A DNA stretch of 64,000 nucleotides. It comes from Macrostomum hystrix (taxonomy: Eukaryota; Animalia; Platyhelminthes). The stretch covers positions 310,001 through 374,000 of the forward strand of contig CATNEN010000037.1 in assembly GCA_950097015.1 (NCBI GenBank), given 5' to 3'. Below the pieces are notes generated by a model. The model was not told the origin of the DNA and did not search any database. It saw only the letters and a list, made by a program, of their open reading frames with translations. Made by a program: the position numbers and the translations under genes. This document shows, piece after piece, positions 12,276 to 25,251 of this stretch (positions are counted from its first letter, which is position 1; each line of letters begins with the position of its first letter).

Positions 12276-13947
12276 GGCGGCGGTCCGGCGCGCTCAGAGA
12301 GAATTAGTGAGAGAGGCAGCGAAGACAGGTCAGACGGAAGTCACCCTGCATTAGGCTCCCGCGTCCCCTTGAATCAAGGGGAGTTAAGAAGTGTCTGGGA
12401 GTAATTTGGTTTTGACTGGATGGAGGCGAGCGAGTCCTCGGTGTCCAGTTCGAGCAGCTCCTTCCTATAATGAGTAGACAACTCAGCTAACCGGACAGGG
12501 GCAACAGCTGGGGAGCTGGCCGTTCAGCTGGCTCTTTCTGTCTCTCCTGTCCTGTCTCTCTGTTTCTTAGTATTTCTTTATTATTTCTCGCAGCCCCGCT
12601 CACTCCCTCTTGAACAAGGTGACACGGCGCTGTTAGGCAAGGAGGGCCCAATGCGGACGGCAGTTTGATGGAGCTTAGATGGCTGCTGAAGGCTGCTGCT
12701 GAGTGAGGCAGTAGGGGAGATTGGGAATAGATCCTGAGGTGGGCCTCAGGAGGGGTAGGACCTGTACTTGTATTGGACGCGACTCTGAGATGGCTTGGGA
12801 GGGAGGAGGGAAAGCCAAAATGTGAAGTGCGATAGTTTGGTGGGGAGAAAAGAAGAGAGAGACGGAGAACAGGAGGGAGAACGGAGGTTTTGGACAGGAA
12901 TTTGTCAGAGCGAATTCTCAGGCCTCATCTAACTACTGGGCCAGATCTCCCAAACAAGCGAGGCTCTAACAGGACTAACCCGGCCCTACCAGCCAATCGC
13001 AGAGCGCGCTTTGGGCGCCTATTGATCCAGTGCAGCCACCTTTCTCGCTCTTAACTCCCCCCTCAGTGCTTCTCTCCACCGTTCTCCCAATTCCTGTTTC
13101 AGATCCTTCCTGTCCAACCAGCGCTGCTTCTCCGCCCGTCTGTCACACCAAATTCTGAGGAGCGTAATGTGAAAGTACGCTGCATGCAGCGCATTTTTTG
13201 GACTAAGGTGCGACAATGAAAATTGAAGCCAATTCTGACTGGGCTGCGAGCCCCCGTTTTCATCGTTCATCTCTGCGTCAACCCTCTCTCCCCCTCTCTC
13301 TTCCCTAAAAGTCTTCGGCCGATCCCATGGCATCACAATGGGATTACTGCACCGTTTGCATTTGGTGCATTTTCCCAATGGTCGACCTTCTGATCTATCT
13401 CTCCCTCTCTCCCACAGCTCCTCCTGTGGCGTGAGGCTGGAGGAGCTGAGGCTGGGAGGGTCTGTCAACAGAATAGAGCAACATCACCCCCTTTCCAATG
13501 CGCTGCAGCGGCCACATTTCTGTGGAGGTTGGCGGATGTTGGGGTAGATCATGAGTAGCTGAATATCGCTCTGTGTGAGTCAACAGGCTGCATTCAGAGT
13601 TGCTGCTGAAAATGGGGACGAGTCACAATTGTCCTCATACCCTCATCTAACTATGGGCCGCACCGCTTTGACTCAATAGTGTTCTCATAGCTGGAATCTT
13701 CATGCCTGAGCTGTTTTAATTGTGAATAAACTGCAAAACGCATTTTTGATTAGAATCAAAATCTAATTGAATACAATAGTCTAAATCCGTCAGCCAAGGA
13801 AGTTAGTGCAGAAGGGACAAGTATTTCAAGACTGGGCTAATCAAACAGCCTACGATTGGACATAAAACAAGATCCCATTCCGAATTCGCAAATTACTCAT
13901 TTTATTGTAACTCAAGATCCAAATAACCTGGATCCAATATACTTCGT

Positions 13948-16361
13948 ACCACTCTAAATGATCCAGTATACCACTCTAAATGATCCAGTATACCATTCTA
14001 AATGATCCAGTATACCACTTCTAAATGATCCAGTATACCATTCTAAATGATCCAGTATACCACTCTAAATGATCCAGTATACCATTCTAAATGATCCAGT
14101 ATACCACTCTAAATGATCCAGTATACCACTCTAAATGATCCAGTATACCACTCTAAATGATCCAGTATACCATTCTAAATGATCCAGTATACCACTCTAA
14201 ATGATCCAGTATACCACTCTAAATGATCCAGTATACCACTCTAAATGATCCAGTATACCACTCTAAATGATCCAGTATACCATTCTAAATGATCCAGTAT
14301 ACCATTCTAAATGATCCAGTATACCACTCTAAATGATCCAGTATACCATTCTAAATGATCCAGTATACCACTCTAAATGATCCAGTATACCACTCTAAAT
14401 GATCCAGTATACCACTCTAAATGATCCAGTATACCATTCTAAATGATCCAGTATACCACTCTAAATGATCCAGAATACCACTCTAAATGATCCAGAATAC
14501 CATTCTAAATGATCCAGTATACCATTCTAAATGATCCAGTATACCACTCTAAATGATACAGTATACCATTCTAAATGATCCAGTATACCATTCTAAATGA
14601 TCCAGTATACCATTCTAAATGATCCAGTATACCACTCTAAATGATCCAGTATACCACTCTAAATGATCCAGTATACCACTCTAAATGATCCAGTATACCA
14701 CTCTAAATGATCCAGTATACCATTCTAAATGATCCAGTATACCACTCTAAATGATACAGTATACCATTCTAAATGATCCAGTATACCATTCTAAATGATC
14801 CAGTATACCACTCTAAATGATCCAGTATACCACTCTAAATGATCCAGTATACCATTCTAAATGATCCAGAATACCACTCTAAATGATCCAGTATACCACT
14901 CTAAATGATCCAGTATACCACTCTAAATGATCCAGTATACCACTCTAAATGATCCAGTATACCATTCTAAATGATCCAGTATACCATTCTAAATGATCCA
15001 GTATACCATTCTAAATGATCCAGTATACCACTCTAAATGATCCAGTATACCACTCTAAATGATCCAGTATACCACTCTAAATGATCCAGTATACCATTCT
15101 AAATGATCCAGTATACCATTCTAAATGATCCAGTATACCACTCTAAATGATCCAGTATACCACTCTAAATGATCCAGTATACCACTCTAAATGATCCAGT
15201 ATACCACTCTAAATGATCCAGTATACCACTCTAAATGATCCAGTATACCATTCTAAATGATCCAGTATACCATTCTAAATGATCCAGTATACCACTCTAA
15301 ATGATCCAGTATACCACTCTAAATGATCCAGTATACCACTCTAAATGATCCAGTATACCACTCTAAATGATCCAGTATACCATTCTAAATGATCCAGTAT
15401 ACCATTCTAAATGATCCAGTATACCACTCTAAATGATCCAGTATACCACTCTAAATGATCCAGTATACCATTCTAAATGATCCAGTATACCACTCTAAAT
15501 GATCCAGTATACCATTCTAAATGATCCAGTATACCACTCTAAATGATCCAGTATACCACTCTAAATGATCCAGTATACCATTCTAAATGATCCAGTATAC
15601 CACTCTAAATGATCCAGTATACCACTCTAAATGATCCAGTATACCACTCTAAATGATCCAGTATACCACTCTAAATGATCCAGTATACCATTCTAAATGA
15701 TCCAGTATACCACTCTAAATGATCCAGTATACCACTCTAAATGATAATATACCACTCTAAATGATCCAGTATACCACTCTAAATGATCCAGTATACCACT
15801 CTAAATGATCCAGTATACCACTCTAAATGATCCAGTATACCACTCTAAATGATCCAGTATACCATTCTAAATGATCCAGTATACCACTCTAAATGATCCA
15901 GTATACCACTCTAAATGATCCAGTATACCACTCTAAATGATCCAGTATACCATTCTAAATGATCCAGTATACCACTCTAAATGATCCAGTATACCACTCT
16001 AAATGATCCAGTATACCACTCTAAATGATCCAGTATACCATTCTAAATGATCCAGTATACCACTCTAAATGATCCAGTATACCATTCTAAATGATGCAAC
16101 ATACCATCCTAAATGATCCAGTATACCATTCTAAATGATGCAACATACCATCCTAAATGATCCAGTATACCATTCTAAATGATGCAAGTATACCATCCTA
16201 AATGATCCAGTATACCTACTCTAAATGATCCAGTATACCACTTCTAAATGATGCAAGTATACCACTCCTAAATGATCCAGTATATCATTCTAAATGATCC
16301 AGTATACCACTCTAAATGATCCAGTATACCACTCTAAATGATGCAACATACCATCCTAAAT
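13948..16361. repeat. 22-bp minisatellite, about 110 copies
   Basis: Unit CTAAATGATCCAGTATACCA(C/T)T; diverged units at the right edge. Confidence 0.97.
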
Positions 16362-17074
16362 GTCACAGGACTAGTCTTTTCCTTTCGATCTGTTGATTTA
16401 CTAGCTGGTGCTTAGGTGTTTGCACAGCAGGACAGCTTGGTCACTCACATTCCTTCAAGCAATGCTGACACGATTGTTGCTGCCATGCTGATAAGCTCTC
16501 TAAGCTTCGGTGTTCTATGGTTATCACAGGATTTCTGTTCCGACCTGACGGGTCAAAGCACTAACAAGTTGTATTTAGTATTTAGCTACCCATCAGGAGC
16601 GGAATAAGGAATTGATGCAGTAAATCAGGAACTACATCTTATCTTCGGCTATTGGAGGATGGGTACCTAATGTTGAATTGTAAGGCTCACAGCGGTTCAG
16701 GGAGTTCTGGTTAGGTAGCAGCTACATTATTCATTGCCACTGCTTTGCTCCGGTATCACTCACAGCAACGGTCTCTCTTCGTGTGCGTGGGCTAACCAAA
16801 GGCTCCCGTGTCCTCTATTCATACACTTTTCACAGTCAGGATGCTAGCACCGTCAGGATGAGACAGAGAGAGTGGGGTGTTTTCTGAGCGACGCCAGGTC
16901 ACAGGACAAACACGCAAATACTGTTCGGTATAATGGACAGTTTACTTTATTAGTTGCTACTCTGACTGTCTTAGAGAAGAATTGTGATTTTTATACTATG
17001 GATTTTGCATTGCCAAACTCTCACATGAAGGGTTTACAAGGTGATCACAAGAATTATGAAGTTTGATCACTTAC

Positions 17075-17105
17075 TGTTCCCAGTCCTGCATGTCCTGGCG
17101 CAGGC

Positions 17106-17154
<49 letters not shown>

Positions 17155-17310
17155 ATGCTGAAGTCTGTCGCCAGTGACCGTACCGCTGCAGTCCGTTGAC
17201 TCTTCAGCGTTACCCAACAGTCCGCCGCAGGCGCGACCGTCAGATCGTCTGAAATTCGATGTCGGGGGTAATTCATTGATGAAGCTGCTGCTGCTGCTGC
17301 TCATGCTCAT
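17075..17310 (-). CDS. Sh (KCNA): Candidate alternative first coding exon of the Kv1 gene (polyQ N-terminus)
   Basis: ATG-led ORF ending GAA CA|GTAAGT (canonical donor, phase 2), compatible with the phase-2 acceptor TTCCAG|GTCC at 12166/12165 inside the Kv1 ORF. Confidence 0.6.
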
Positions 17311-18476
17311 GACGCCACGGTCGATGTTGGCGACAATGAGAACTGTTGGCTAGACTGAGCCTAGGGCTGTAATAAACGTCGTCATGACTTTGCATGGCAG
17401 CCGGGGCAGTCAGTCAGGGCATTGTGTACCGCCTGTCCAAGCTTATTGGATCTGAACCGACTAAGGCAAGGGCAGAGTTGACCTTGAGCTTGTGGCGCAA
17501 TGTTTAATCGGTCCGGTTCTTCTCTTGTTGCCCACAAACTCGCTGGTCCAGTTCGCAGCTATATAGTGAACTGTAATGCGCCTAGGTTGGCTAGACCCTA
17601 ACAGAAAAGGCAGTTCTATGTTCAATAGGAGTTCACTGGGGTGGTTGCTATGGGACTTTCAGCTCCCACTTGCCAAACCCACCGGCACCTTCTAGCCGAT
17701 TGCTGCACAGCGGTGAGGCCTTCTACCCTCCCTCACACAATATCCCACAAATGCAAGGCATACTATTATATTGTAGTCAGTCCAATTTGTTGCACACAAT
17801 CGCACTGTACTTGACCAAGCTTTGCCTACTCGCACACACACATGTATGAATATATAGATTTATATATATGTATATACACAAATGTGCAAAAATAATTTCA
17901 CTGAAGCGCGCCGATTAAGGCTTACAACTTCTCTGTTAGTTAGAAACAGCTCACAGCGAAACGCCAGTGCTTCGAGAGCGTTCCGTTAAAACACTCCCAC
18001 ACAGAGACGCTTCGGTCACTGGCACATTGCGGGGGTGGGTGCTGAGGGGGCGGTTAGTAATCTCCTGAACATTCCCTCCCCGGCAAAATACGGTTTTTAA
18101 TAGCAACGATTGAGGCAACGAGCAAATCAGCAACAACGAGGAAAAAGCTGGCAAACTGTCAATTGAAGGAATAGCCTTGGTAGCTAAAATAGCATAACAT
18201 TATTCAAGATTGAACTTAGAAGATAATGAAATATTTTTTCAACTTTCACTTTCTTTTTCAAAAGAAATAAATGTTTAACTGTTATAACCATGATGTCTAT
18301 GTTTATTCGTGTCAAAAAATAAGATCAGCTCCAAAAAGTACCGAGCATAGCATACTACTGACACAGTAAGTAGGAATAAAGAGATCACCAAGCAGAACTG
18401 CTCAAAATATCTTGCTATCTGAGTGCTTAGTGTTCGTGACGCCAGAATGCCTTACTTCAATAGCGCAGATAGCAAA

Positions 18477-18770
18477 GACCTGAGTGTCCTACCTGTCATC
18501 GGGACCTGACTGTCCTACCTGTCATCGTAACCTGAGTGTCCTACCTGTCATCGGGACCTGAGTGTCCTACCTGTCATCGGGACCTGACTGTCCTACCTGT
18601 CATCGTAACCTGAGTGTCCTACCTGTCATCGGGACCTGACTGTCCTACCTGTCATCGGGAACTGACAGTCCTACCTGTCATCGGGACCTGACTGTCCTAC
18701 CTGTCATCGGGACCTGACTGTCCTACCTGTCATCGGGACCTGACTGTCCTACCTGTCATCGGGACCTGAC
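18477..18770. repeat. 26-bp minisatellite, about 11 copies
   Basis: Unit CCTGA(C/G)TGTCCTACCTGTCATCGGGA. Confidence 0.95.
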
Positions 18771-18895
18771 TCGAACACAGTGTCTGAGCAGCTAGGCCTG
18801 GACTCGTGCCTGTTGAGCCGATAATGATCCTGCTGCGACTGTTGGCCCCTCGAGCTGTCGTGCCGGCCTCCCGAGATCAGGTGGTTTAGATTCAT
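18753..18895 (-). CDS. Candidate second alternative first coding exon of the Kv1 gene
   Basis: ATG at 18895 (first Met after an in-frame stop) reads MNLNHLISGGRHDSSRGQQSQQDHYRLNRHESRPSCSDTVFESGPDD then AG|GTAGGA, phase 2. Confidence 0.35.
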
Positions 18896-20039
18896 GACTG
18901 CCCAGCTGCGGCATCGGGCTTGTAGCGCTTGGCAGCACTTGGAACAGTCGCCTAGTCAGCCGTACTGCATATTCGTACAGAAATGCCCGCTTCACACTTT
19001 TCGCTTTGGCCTAGCAACCACTGGGTCCGATTTTTTCAAGGCGCTCTTCTCTGACTCTCGTTTTCTTTTCCTGGCTTGAAGCTTAGTTTTTTTCAGCGGT
19101 TTTTTTTAAAGAAGACAGCGGAGACTTCACAAGCCTGACAAATACGGGTCGAATTTTTGCTATTCTCTTTCTAGTTTTGCCCCTAAGAAGACGTGATTAG
19201 AAATATGGAGCAAAAGCAAGACCCGGATGCCGCTCCGACCTCAGAGGAGAGAGAATCGATTGACAGCTATTAGTGAGTGCTAGATAGAGATAGTGAGCCT
19301 ATTTGTTAGGTTTGAGGTTGCTGCTTCGAGCGGGTTGGCTCCGGCCGATCGCTCTGCCAGAGGCCTGCGAAGCAGTTTTGGTTCGAGCGAAAAAAAACAG
19401 ACACAGGAGGAACAGCGCGCAGGAGAGAGGGCCGCAGTGTTGAGCAGAAGGGGCGCAGGACTGGCATTCACACACCCAGGCAGGCGAGCTGAAGGAAGAG
19501 CGACATGAGAGGTTCCCTCCTTTCTCCCTATCCCTCTAATCCCCTTTTTCCCTCCAGTCATTTTCCCTATATGTCCTTGCCGGGCCTCAGCCACTGGTGT
19601 GTGGCGAAATTTAGGCCGGCTGCGTCTTACAGTTGCGTGCGTGGGGTAATAAGAATGCCAGGGAGTGGGAGGGCGGACTGAAATAGGAAAAAAAATTGCA
19701 CGGACAGTGCAGGACTTGGGAGTACACAATTTACATTTTCTCCCTTCCTTCCCAGGTTTTCGCAAGCTAGCTTCTTATCTCTATGCATTTTTTTACCCTT
19801 CGAATATGTAAATCTAGATCAACTGCCCAGTCTAGCACAGACCCAGTCACCATCCTTGCATTATTGGCTCTTTGTTCAATCACATTAGCTTTCTAAGGAG
19901 GGTGATCAGTTAATGCTGTCTGCATGAGTTTTAATTATAGGTGCTCATCGGCTAATAGTGACATTATTTTATTGAAGTTAATATTCTCGATACACAAGGC
20001 CAAGTAAAAGCAAGTTGTACTTGTACGTATATCACATGA

Positions 20040-20263
20040 GGGGTCGGTCGCAGAGCGGTTAACGCGTTTGCATTCGCGCCAGGGTCCATGAGTTCGATTC
20101 CACGGCGAGGCCACATTCATTTGGGGCGCAGCCGCGGAGAGAAGGCTTGGGGGCTTGTCGTGCAATTTACGCCCTTCAGGGCCAACCTCCAAGGCACAGT
20201 GAGAGTGTACACTGCCTGATGATGAGAAAGTCAGGGCAGATGTACAGCGTGTGCCTGTGTACA
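20040..20263 (+). mobile_element. tRNA-derived SINE, 3'-truncated copy
   Basis: GGGGTCGGTCGCAGAGCGGTTAACGCG (A-box-like) and GAGTTCGATTCC (B-box) followed by the family body; tail absent. Confidence 0.85.
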
Positions 20264-20453
20264 GCATAATTCTTCTGGTAGTATTCTAAAAACACTCAAA
20301 ATACTTCAAATGTTACATACAATGCTAGCCATTGTATATTTTTAATTTTCTACGAAATAGTCAATTGCGATTCTTTACATACTAATATAAGTAGTCTGAC
20401 TCAGAAGTAAAGCTCCCACTTTTCAATAGAAAAGTGAATCCCACCGATGAGAG

Positions 20454-21118
20454 TCAGCTCACCCATGACAGTCATCTCACCCATGACAGTCATCTCACCC
20501 ATGACAGTCATCTCACCCATTACAGTCAGCTCAGCTCACCCATGACAGTCAGCTCAGCTCACCCATGACAGTCAGCTCAGCTCACCCATGACAGTCAGCT
20601 CAGCTCACCCATGACAGTCAGCTCAGCTCACCCATGACAGTCATCTCAGCTCACCCATGACAGTCAGCTCAGCTCACCCATGACAGTCAGCTCAGCTCAC
20701 CCATGACAGTCATCTCAGCTCACCCATGACAGTCATCTCAGCTCACCCATGACAGTCAGCTCAGCTCACCCATGACAGTCAGCTCAGCTCACCCATGACA
20801 GTCATCTCAGCTCACCCATGACAGTCAGCTCAGCTCACCCATGACAGTCAGCTCAGCTCACCCATGACAGTCAGCTCAGCTCACCCATGACAGTAAGCTC
20901 AGCTCACCCATGACAGTCATCTCAGCTCACCCATGACAGTCAGCTCAGCTCAACCATGACAGTCATCTCAGCTCACCCATGACAGTCAGCTCACCCATGA
21001 CAGTCAGCTCAGCTCACCCATGACAGTCAGCTCACCCATGACAGTCAGCTCACCCATGACAGTCAGCTCACCCATGACAGTCAGCTCACCCATGACAGTC
21101 AGCTCACCCATGACAGTC
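20454..21118. repeat. 18/23-bp minisatellite, about 30 copies
   Basis: Unit (CAGCT)1-2 CACCCATGACAGT. Confidence 0.95.
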
Positions 21119-21724
21119 TAGGCCATCCTGCTGCTTGTGCTGTGCCAGTCCAGTCCTCTGGTTTCAAACTCGTGCTGCAGCAGCCCCAGTCGAGTTGTAA
21201 ATCCGTTCGCTATGTGTCTTTCACTTTAGGCAGGAACCGCCGAACACTGGAGCCTGGAATAGAGAATTAGTTTCGGCTGGCACAAACAGGGTCTGTTTCG
21301 GATGGGTAGGTACATTGGGGGTGGGTGATCTCCGCAGGGACGGCAGCCACGTGGGAAAAATGGCGAGGGGGAGATTCGCGGCTGCAGCCAATCCTTCCGG
21401 CACCTCAGGCTGCAGTCCTGTCTCCCCCACACAGCTTCATGCAAATTGGGTAGCATTCTCTTTGGCCAATACAGAGTGAGCTATCTGTGTGCTGGAAAAC
21501 TGGAAAGTGGAGGATGCGAAGGGGGGACGTCAGGAGACTGGGGTTAGGATTTTCCCACAACACTTTTTTGTTCAGCTGCGGCAAAAATTCAGAAAACTGC
21601 TACGAGACCCACGGGGTGACGAACAGAAAAACTGTTTCTCTGTATTCTAAGTGAATTTTTTGCTAGAGAGAAAACTCTACCGTAGTTGCTTGCCCAGCGA
21701 CTGAAGCCTCACTGTGACGCTAGA

Positions 21725-22188
21725 ACTCACACATCTATTTGCTCACACATCTATTAACTCACACATCTATTAACTGACACATCTATTAACTCACACATCT
21801 ATTAACTGACACATCTATTAACTCACACATCTATTAACTCACACATCTATTTACTCACACATCTATTAACTGACACATCTATTAACTCACACATCTATTA
21901 ACTCACAAATCTATTAACTGACACATCTATTAACTCACACATCTATTTACTCACACATCTATTAACTCACACATCTATTAACTCACACATCTATTTACTC
22001 ACACATCTATTAACTCACACATCTATTAACTCACACATCTATTAACTCACACATCTATTAACTGACACATCTATTAACTCACACATCTATTAACTGACAC
22101 ATCTATTAACTCACACATCTATTAACTCACACATCTATTTACTCACACATCTATTAATTCACACATCTATTAACTCATACATCTATTA
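21725..22188. repeat. 16-bp minisatellite, left arm (about 29 copies)
   Basis: Unit T(C/G)ACACATCTATT(A/T)AC; same unit resumes at 26356. Confidence 0.97.
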
Positions 22189-22442
22189 TAGGCGGGTAAA
22201 GCTTGCGGCTTTAACCGCTTTTAATGTTTGAGCAATCCGCCTCGCTACCTTCTCTTTACCAGTCACTCTGCTCACCTAGCTGTACATCCTAGTTTGCGTT
22301 ACCTTGCGTGTTTTACGTACTGAGCGTGTGCACTATCACCACCACCCCTAATTCCCGGGGCACGTGCCTACCACGTAGTTTTATTTGACAACTCTCTCAG
22401 CGTGAGAGGGTGTCGCCGCTGCTCAATTGTCAAAATTTTGAA

Positions 22443-23501
22443 ATGGATCACTTTTTATCAATGACTTCGCGCCAATTATCTGAGCACCTAGAATCGCTCG
22501 GCTGCAGCGTAGAGGAAAGTGCATCAGGTACCAGAGGCGACAAGATAATGAAGATTCTGGCACGGCAGAAGGACACCACCACGGCAACCGACCAAAGCCT
22601 CCAAGCCCGAGTTGACCAGATGCTCGAGACAGCTGCTAGCGGAGGGTCGACGACAGAGCAGATCGACACCAGCAGGACGGGGCTCGCTGCAACTGCTGGA
22701 CCTGGTGATGAGGACGTCGAGGTGGAGATTCGGGCGGCGCAGCAGCGCATCCGACTGCTTCAGCTGAGGCGGGAGGAAGCTGCCCTGCGTTCTGAGCTCG
22801 AGTCCCGCACAGCCGCGCCGCAGCCAGCCGGAAATGACCGGGGTGAGTGGCGATCAGTTCTTAGCACCTTGCTGTCGCAAGACACAGGGGAAAGCGCGAA
22901 GGCCCGGGAACCCCGGCTAAGTAAACCTCTGTTAGTCACCGATTTCCTCTGCAGGGAAGGCTCAGGTGAGAACACAGTGGTGCATAGCCGCTCAGGTGAC
23001 TTGGTATTTAAAGGCAACAAGGCAGTTAGCCCTGAAAACGTCAGTCTGGCGCAATGGATTGTCGGTAACGCCAAGGTGCTGGACTGTATGCTAAGCAGAG
23101 GACAGCTGGTGCGAACTGGTGCAGATGGGCAGCCCGATGTATCCGAACTGCGGCAGTACCTGAAGTACAATGTCCAGATTGGTGGACTGGCAGAGGCTGG
23201 TTTTGGAACGGCCAAAATTATGCGCTTTGACGAGAGTTACCGCATCAATCAGCACAACAGCGACCTGCCGTGGGCCACCGAGTCTTTTCAGCTGCTCGCC
23301 AGGCACCTGCTAGCCCCAGACAGCGCCAGCGACACTCGCTTCCAAAAGCCCAAGTTTTCGCAGTATGCAGCAAACCGTCCCGTCTGCAACAATTTCAACG
23401 CCAACAAATGCTTTCGCAAAGCCTGTCACTTCCAACACATTTGTAAAATCTGCAAGGGCAACCACCCGGCCTGCGCGCACGAGCCGGGCACAGAAGCTTA
23501 A
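22443..23501 (+). CDS. Gag-like ORF1 of the YR retrotransposon, intact
   Basis: Open from ATG 22443; coiled-coil-like EIRAAQQRIRLLQLRREE segment, SLAQW...YLKY...FDESYR block and C-terminal Cys/His finger CNNFNANKCFRKACHFQHICKICKGNHPACAH typical of DIRS/Ngaro ORF1. Confidence 0.8.
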   Translation: MDHFLSMTSRQLSEHLESLGCSVEESASGTRGDKIMKILARQKDTTTATDQSLQARVDQMLETAASGGSTTEQIDTSRTGLAATAGPGDEDVEVEIRAAQQRIRLLQLRREEAALRSELESRTAAPQPAGNDRGEWRSVLSTLLSQDTGESAKAREPRLSKPLLVTDFLCREGSGENTVVHSRSGDLVFKGNKAVSPENVSLAQWIVGNAKVLDCMLSRGQLVRTGADGQPDVSELRQYLKYNVQIGGLAEAGFGTAKIMRFDESYRINQHNSDLPWATESFQLLARHLLAPDSASDTRFQKPKFSQYAANRPVCNNFNANKCFRKACHFQHICKICKGNHPACAHEPGTEA

Positions 23502-23599
23502 AAAAACTGAGCACGGAGGCCAGCCAGCGGCCCCCTAGCAAGGAGACCGTCGGCGAGCTGGCCCAGCTCCCTAGTTTTAGTCTTTTAAACCCCCAAGCA

Positions 23600-25251
23600 A
23601 TGTCCGAAGCCGCGCTTTCTTGCTCCGGGCTGCACAATGCGTTATCTGTTTGGGAAGAAGAGTTGCAGTTGGACCCTGACGCTGAGTTCATCTTGAATGG
23701 TATAAGAAAAGGTTTCGAAATCACCAACCAGGGCAACATCCTCGCAGCTAGCGAAGAAAACCACAGATCCGCTACCTGTCCTGAGAATCGTGATCAAGTT
23801 GAGGAGCTTATCCTGGACGAGCTAAAGAACAGCAGATACATGCTAGTGAAAGATAAGCCGCACATCATCAGCCCCCTGGGAGCTGTGGCCAAGTCCTCTG
23901 GTGGCCTTCGGCTGATCCACGACGCCAGCCTGCCTCGGGGCCGAAGCATCAATGAGTATTTCAAGCAGGACAAAAAGCTTCGCTTTTCGACAGTCAGCGC
24001 GTTTACTAAGAAACTGAAGCTGGGTGGTTTATGGCAAAAATCGATCTGGCCAAAGCCTACCGCTCCTGTCCTGTAAGCTCTACAGCCTACTCAATCACAG
24101 GACTCCGGTGGACCTTCAGCGGCGAGAGTAAGCCCAGGTACCTCGTCGACACGTGCCTCGGCTTCGGGTTTGCTGCTAGCGTCAACATATTCCACCGGCT
24201 GTCGGAAGCTGTCAAGCGCATGATGGTTCGGCGAGGTCACCTAGTTATCTGCAATTTTCTCGATGACTTTGCCGTTGCCGCGAACACACGGGAAGCCTGC
24301 CAGGAAGCCTATAGCACACTCCTGAATCTGCTGCGCCGCCTGGGCTTTGCAATTAACTGGGAGAAGCTATCTCCACCCAGCAAGTCCATGGTCTTTCTCG
24401 GCATCCACATCGATACGGCTGCAGGCCGCCTGACTCTCCCGCAGGAGAAAATCGAATCTTTGCAGAGTTTGCTGGACGCCGCAGCTGCCAGCAAGCGACT
24501 CAGCAAAAAGCAACTGCAAAAGCTTTGCGGAAAAATCGGTTGGTTTTGCGAGGTCGCCCGCGCTGGTAGATCGTTACTTCGGGGCCTCATCAACCTGACC
24601 AACAGCCTAGATTTGCCTCACCACAAGATGCGCATCGAAGGTCAACTTGGTGAGCAACTGCGTTTCTGGCGATCAGCGACAAACTGGATGCATGGAATTG
24701 AATTGTGGCCGGCCTTCTCGAACCGGCTGGTGGTTGAAACAGACGCGTGTCTGGCAGGTGGTGCTGCGGTCATTTCTGATGGAGCTAATACCGACTGGAT
24801 TTACGTGAATTGGTTAGCTGACTTCAACAGTGCTTTGCACGGTCTGCACATCAACTACCTGGAGTGTGTGATGCCTTTGATTTTTATTATCCTATTCAAG
24901 GAGCGCCTAGCTAACTGCCACGTTGTCTTTTACACCGACAACTCATCCGTTGCCGGGATGTTGCGCAAGGGCTCTGCCAAGCCGCCGGTGGTTCAAGCGC
25001 TGATGCGCACGGCTGTTTTACTCGCGCTAAAGCACCGCATTCACTTCTAGGTGTTTCATGTCCCTGGCCGTTATCAAATTTTTAGTGACCCAGCTTCTCG
25101 TCTGAACCACAAGCATGGACTCATTAACTTTTTATTTCGCTACTATGGCACAATCTACATCGACCCTTCTGTTATCGCATCGCACGCCCTGTCTGCTGCT
25201 TCCTGTCAATCTCTCCTTTCACAGGTTCAGCGGCTGCAGCGGAGCCCCTAA
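23600..25251 (+). pseudogene. RT/RNase H ORF of the YR retrotransposon, interrupted
   Basis: ISPLGAVAKSSGGLRLIHDAS, KIDLAKAYR, LGFG, FLDDF, FLGIHID (RT); ETDAC, INYLE, YTDN, HVPG..SDPASR (RNase H). One-base loss in the T run near 24028-24030 and an in-frame TAG at 25048-25050. Confidence 0.9.

Noticed and set aside
13019-13468. 149-aa minus-strand ORF as another Kv1 exon
   Set aside because: No convincing phase-2 donor and purine-rich low-complexity composition.
21221-21430. Further Kv1 alternative exon (ends AA|GTGAAA, phase 2)
   Set aside because: Non-ATG start and weak donor; phase match alone is not evidence.
23495-23510. Programmed -1 frameshift from gag to RT at AAAAAAC
   Set aside because: RT is in the -1 frame and overlaps gag from 23447, but the slippery run lies just after the gag stop codon, so gag ribosomes would not reach it in frame.
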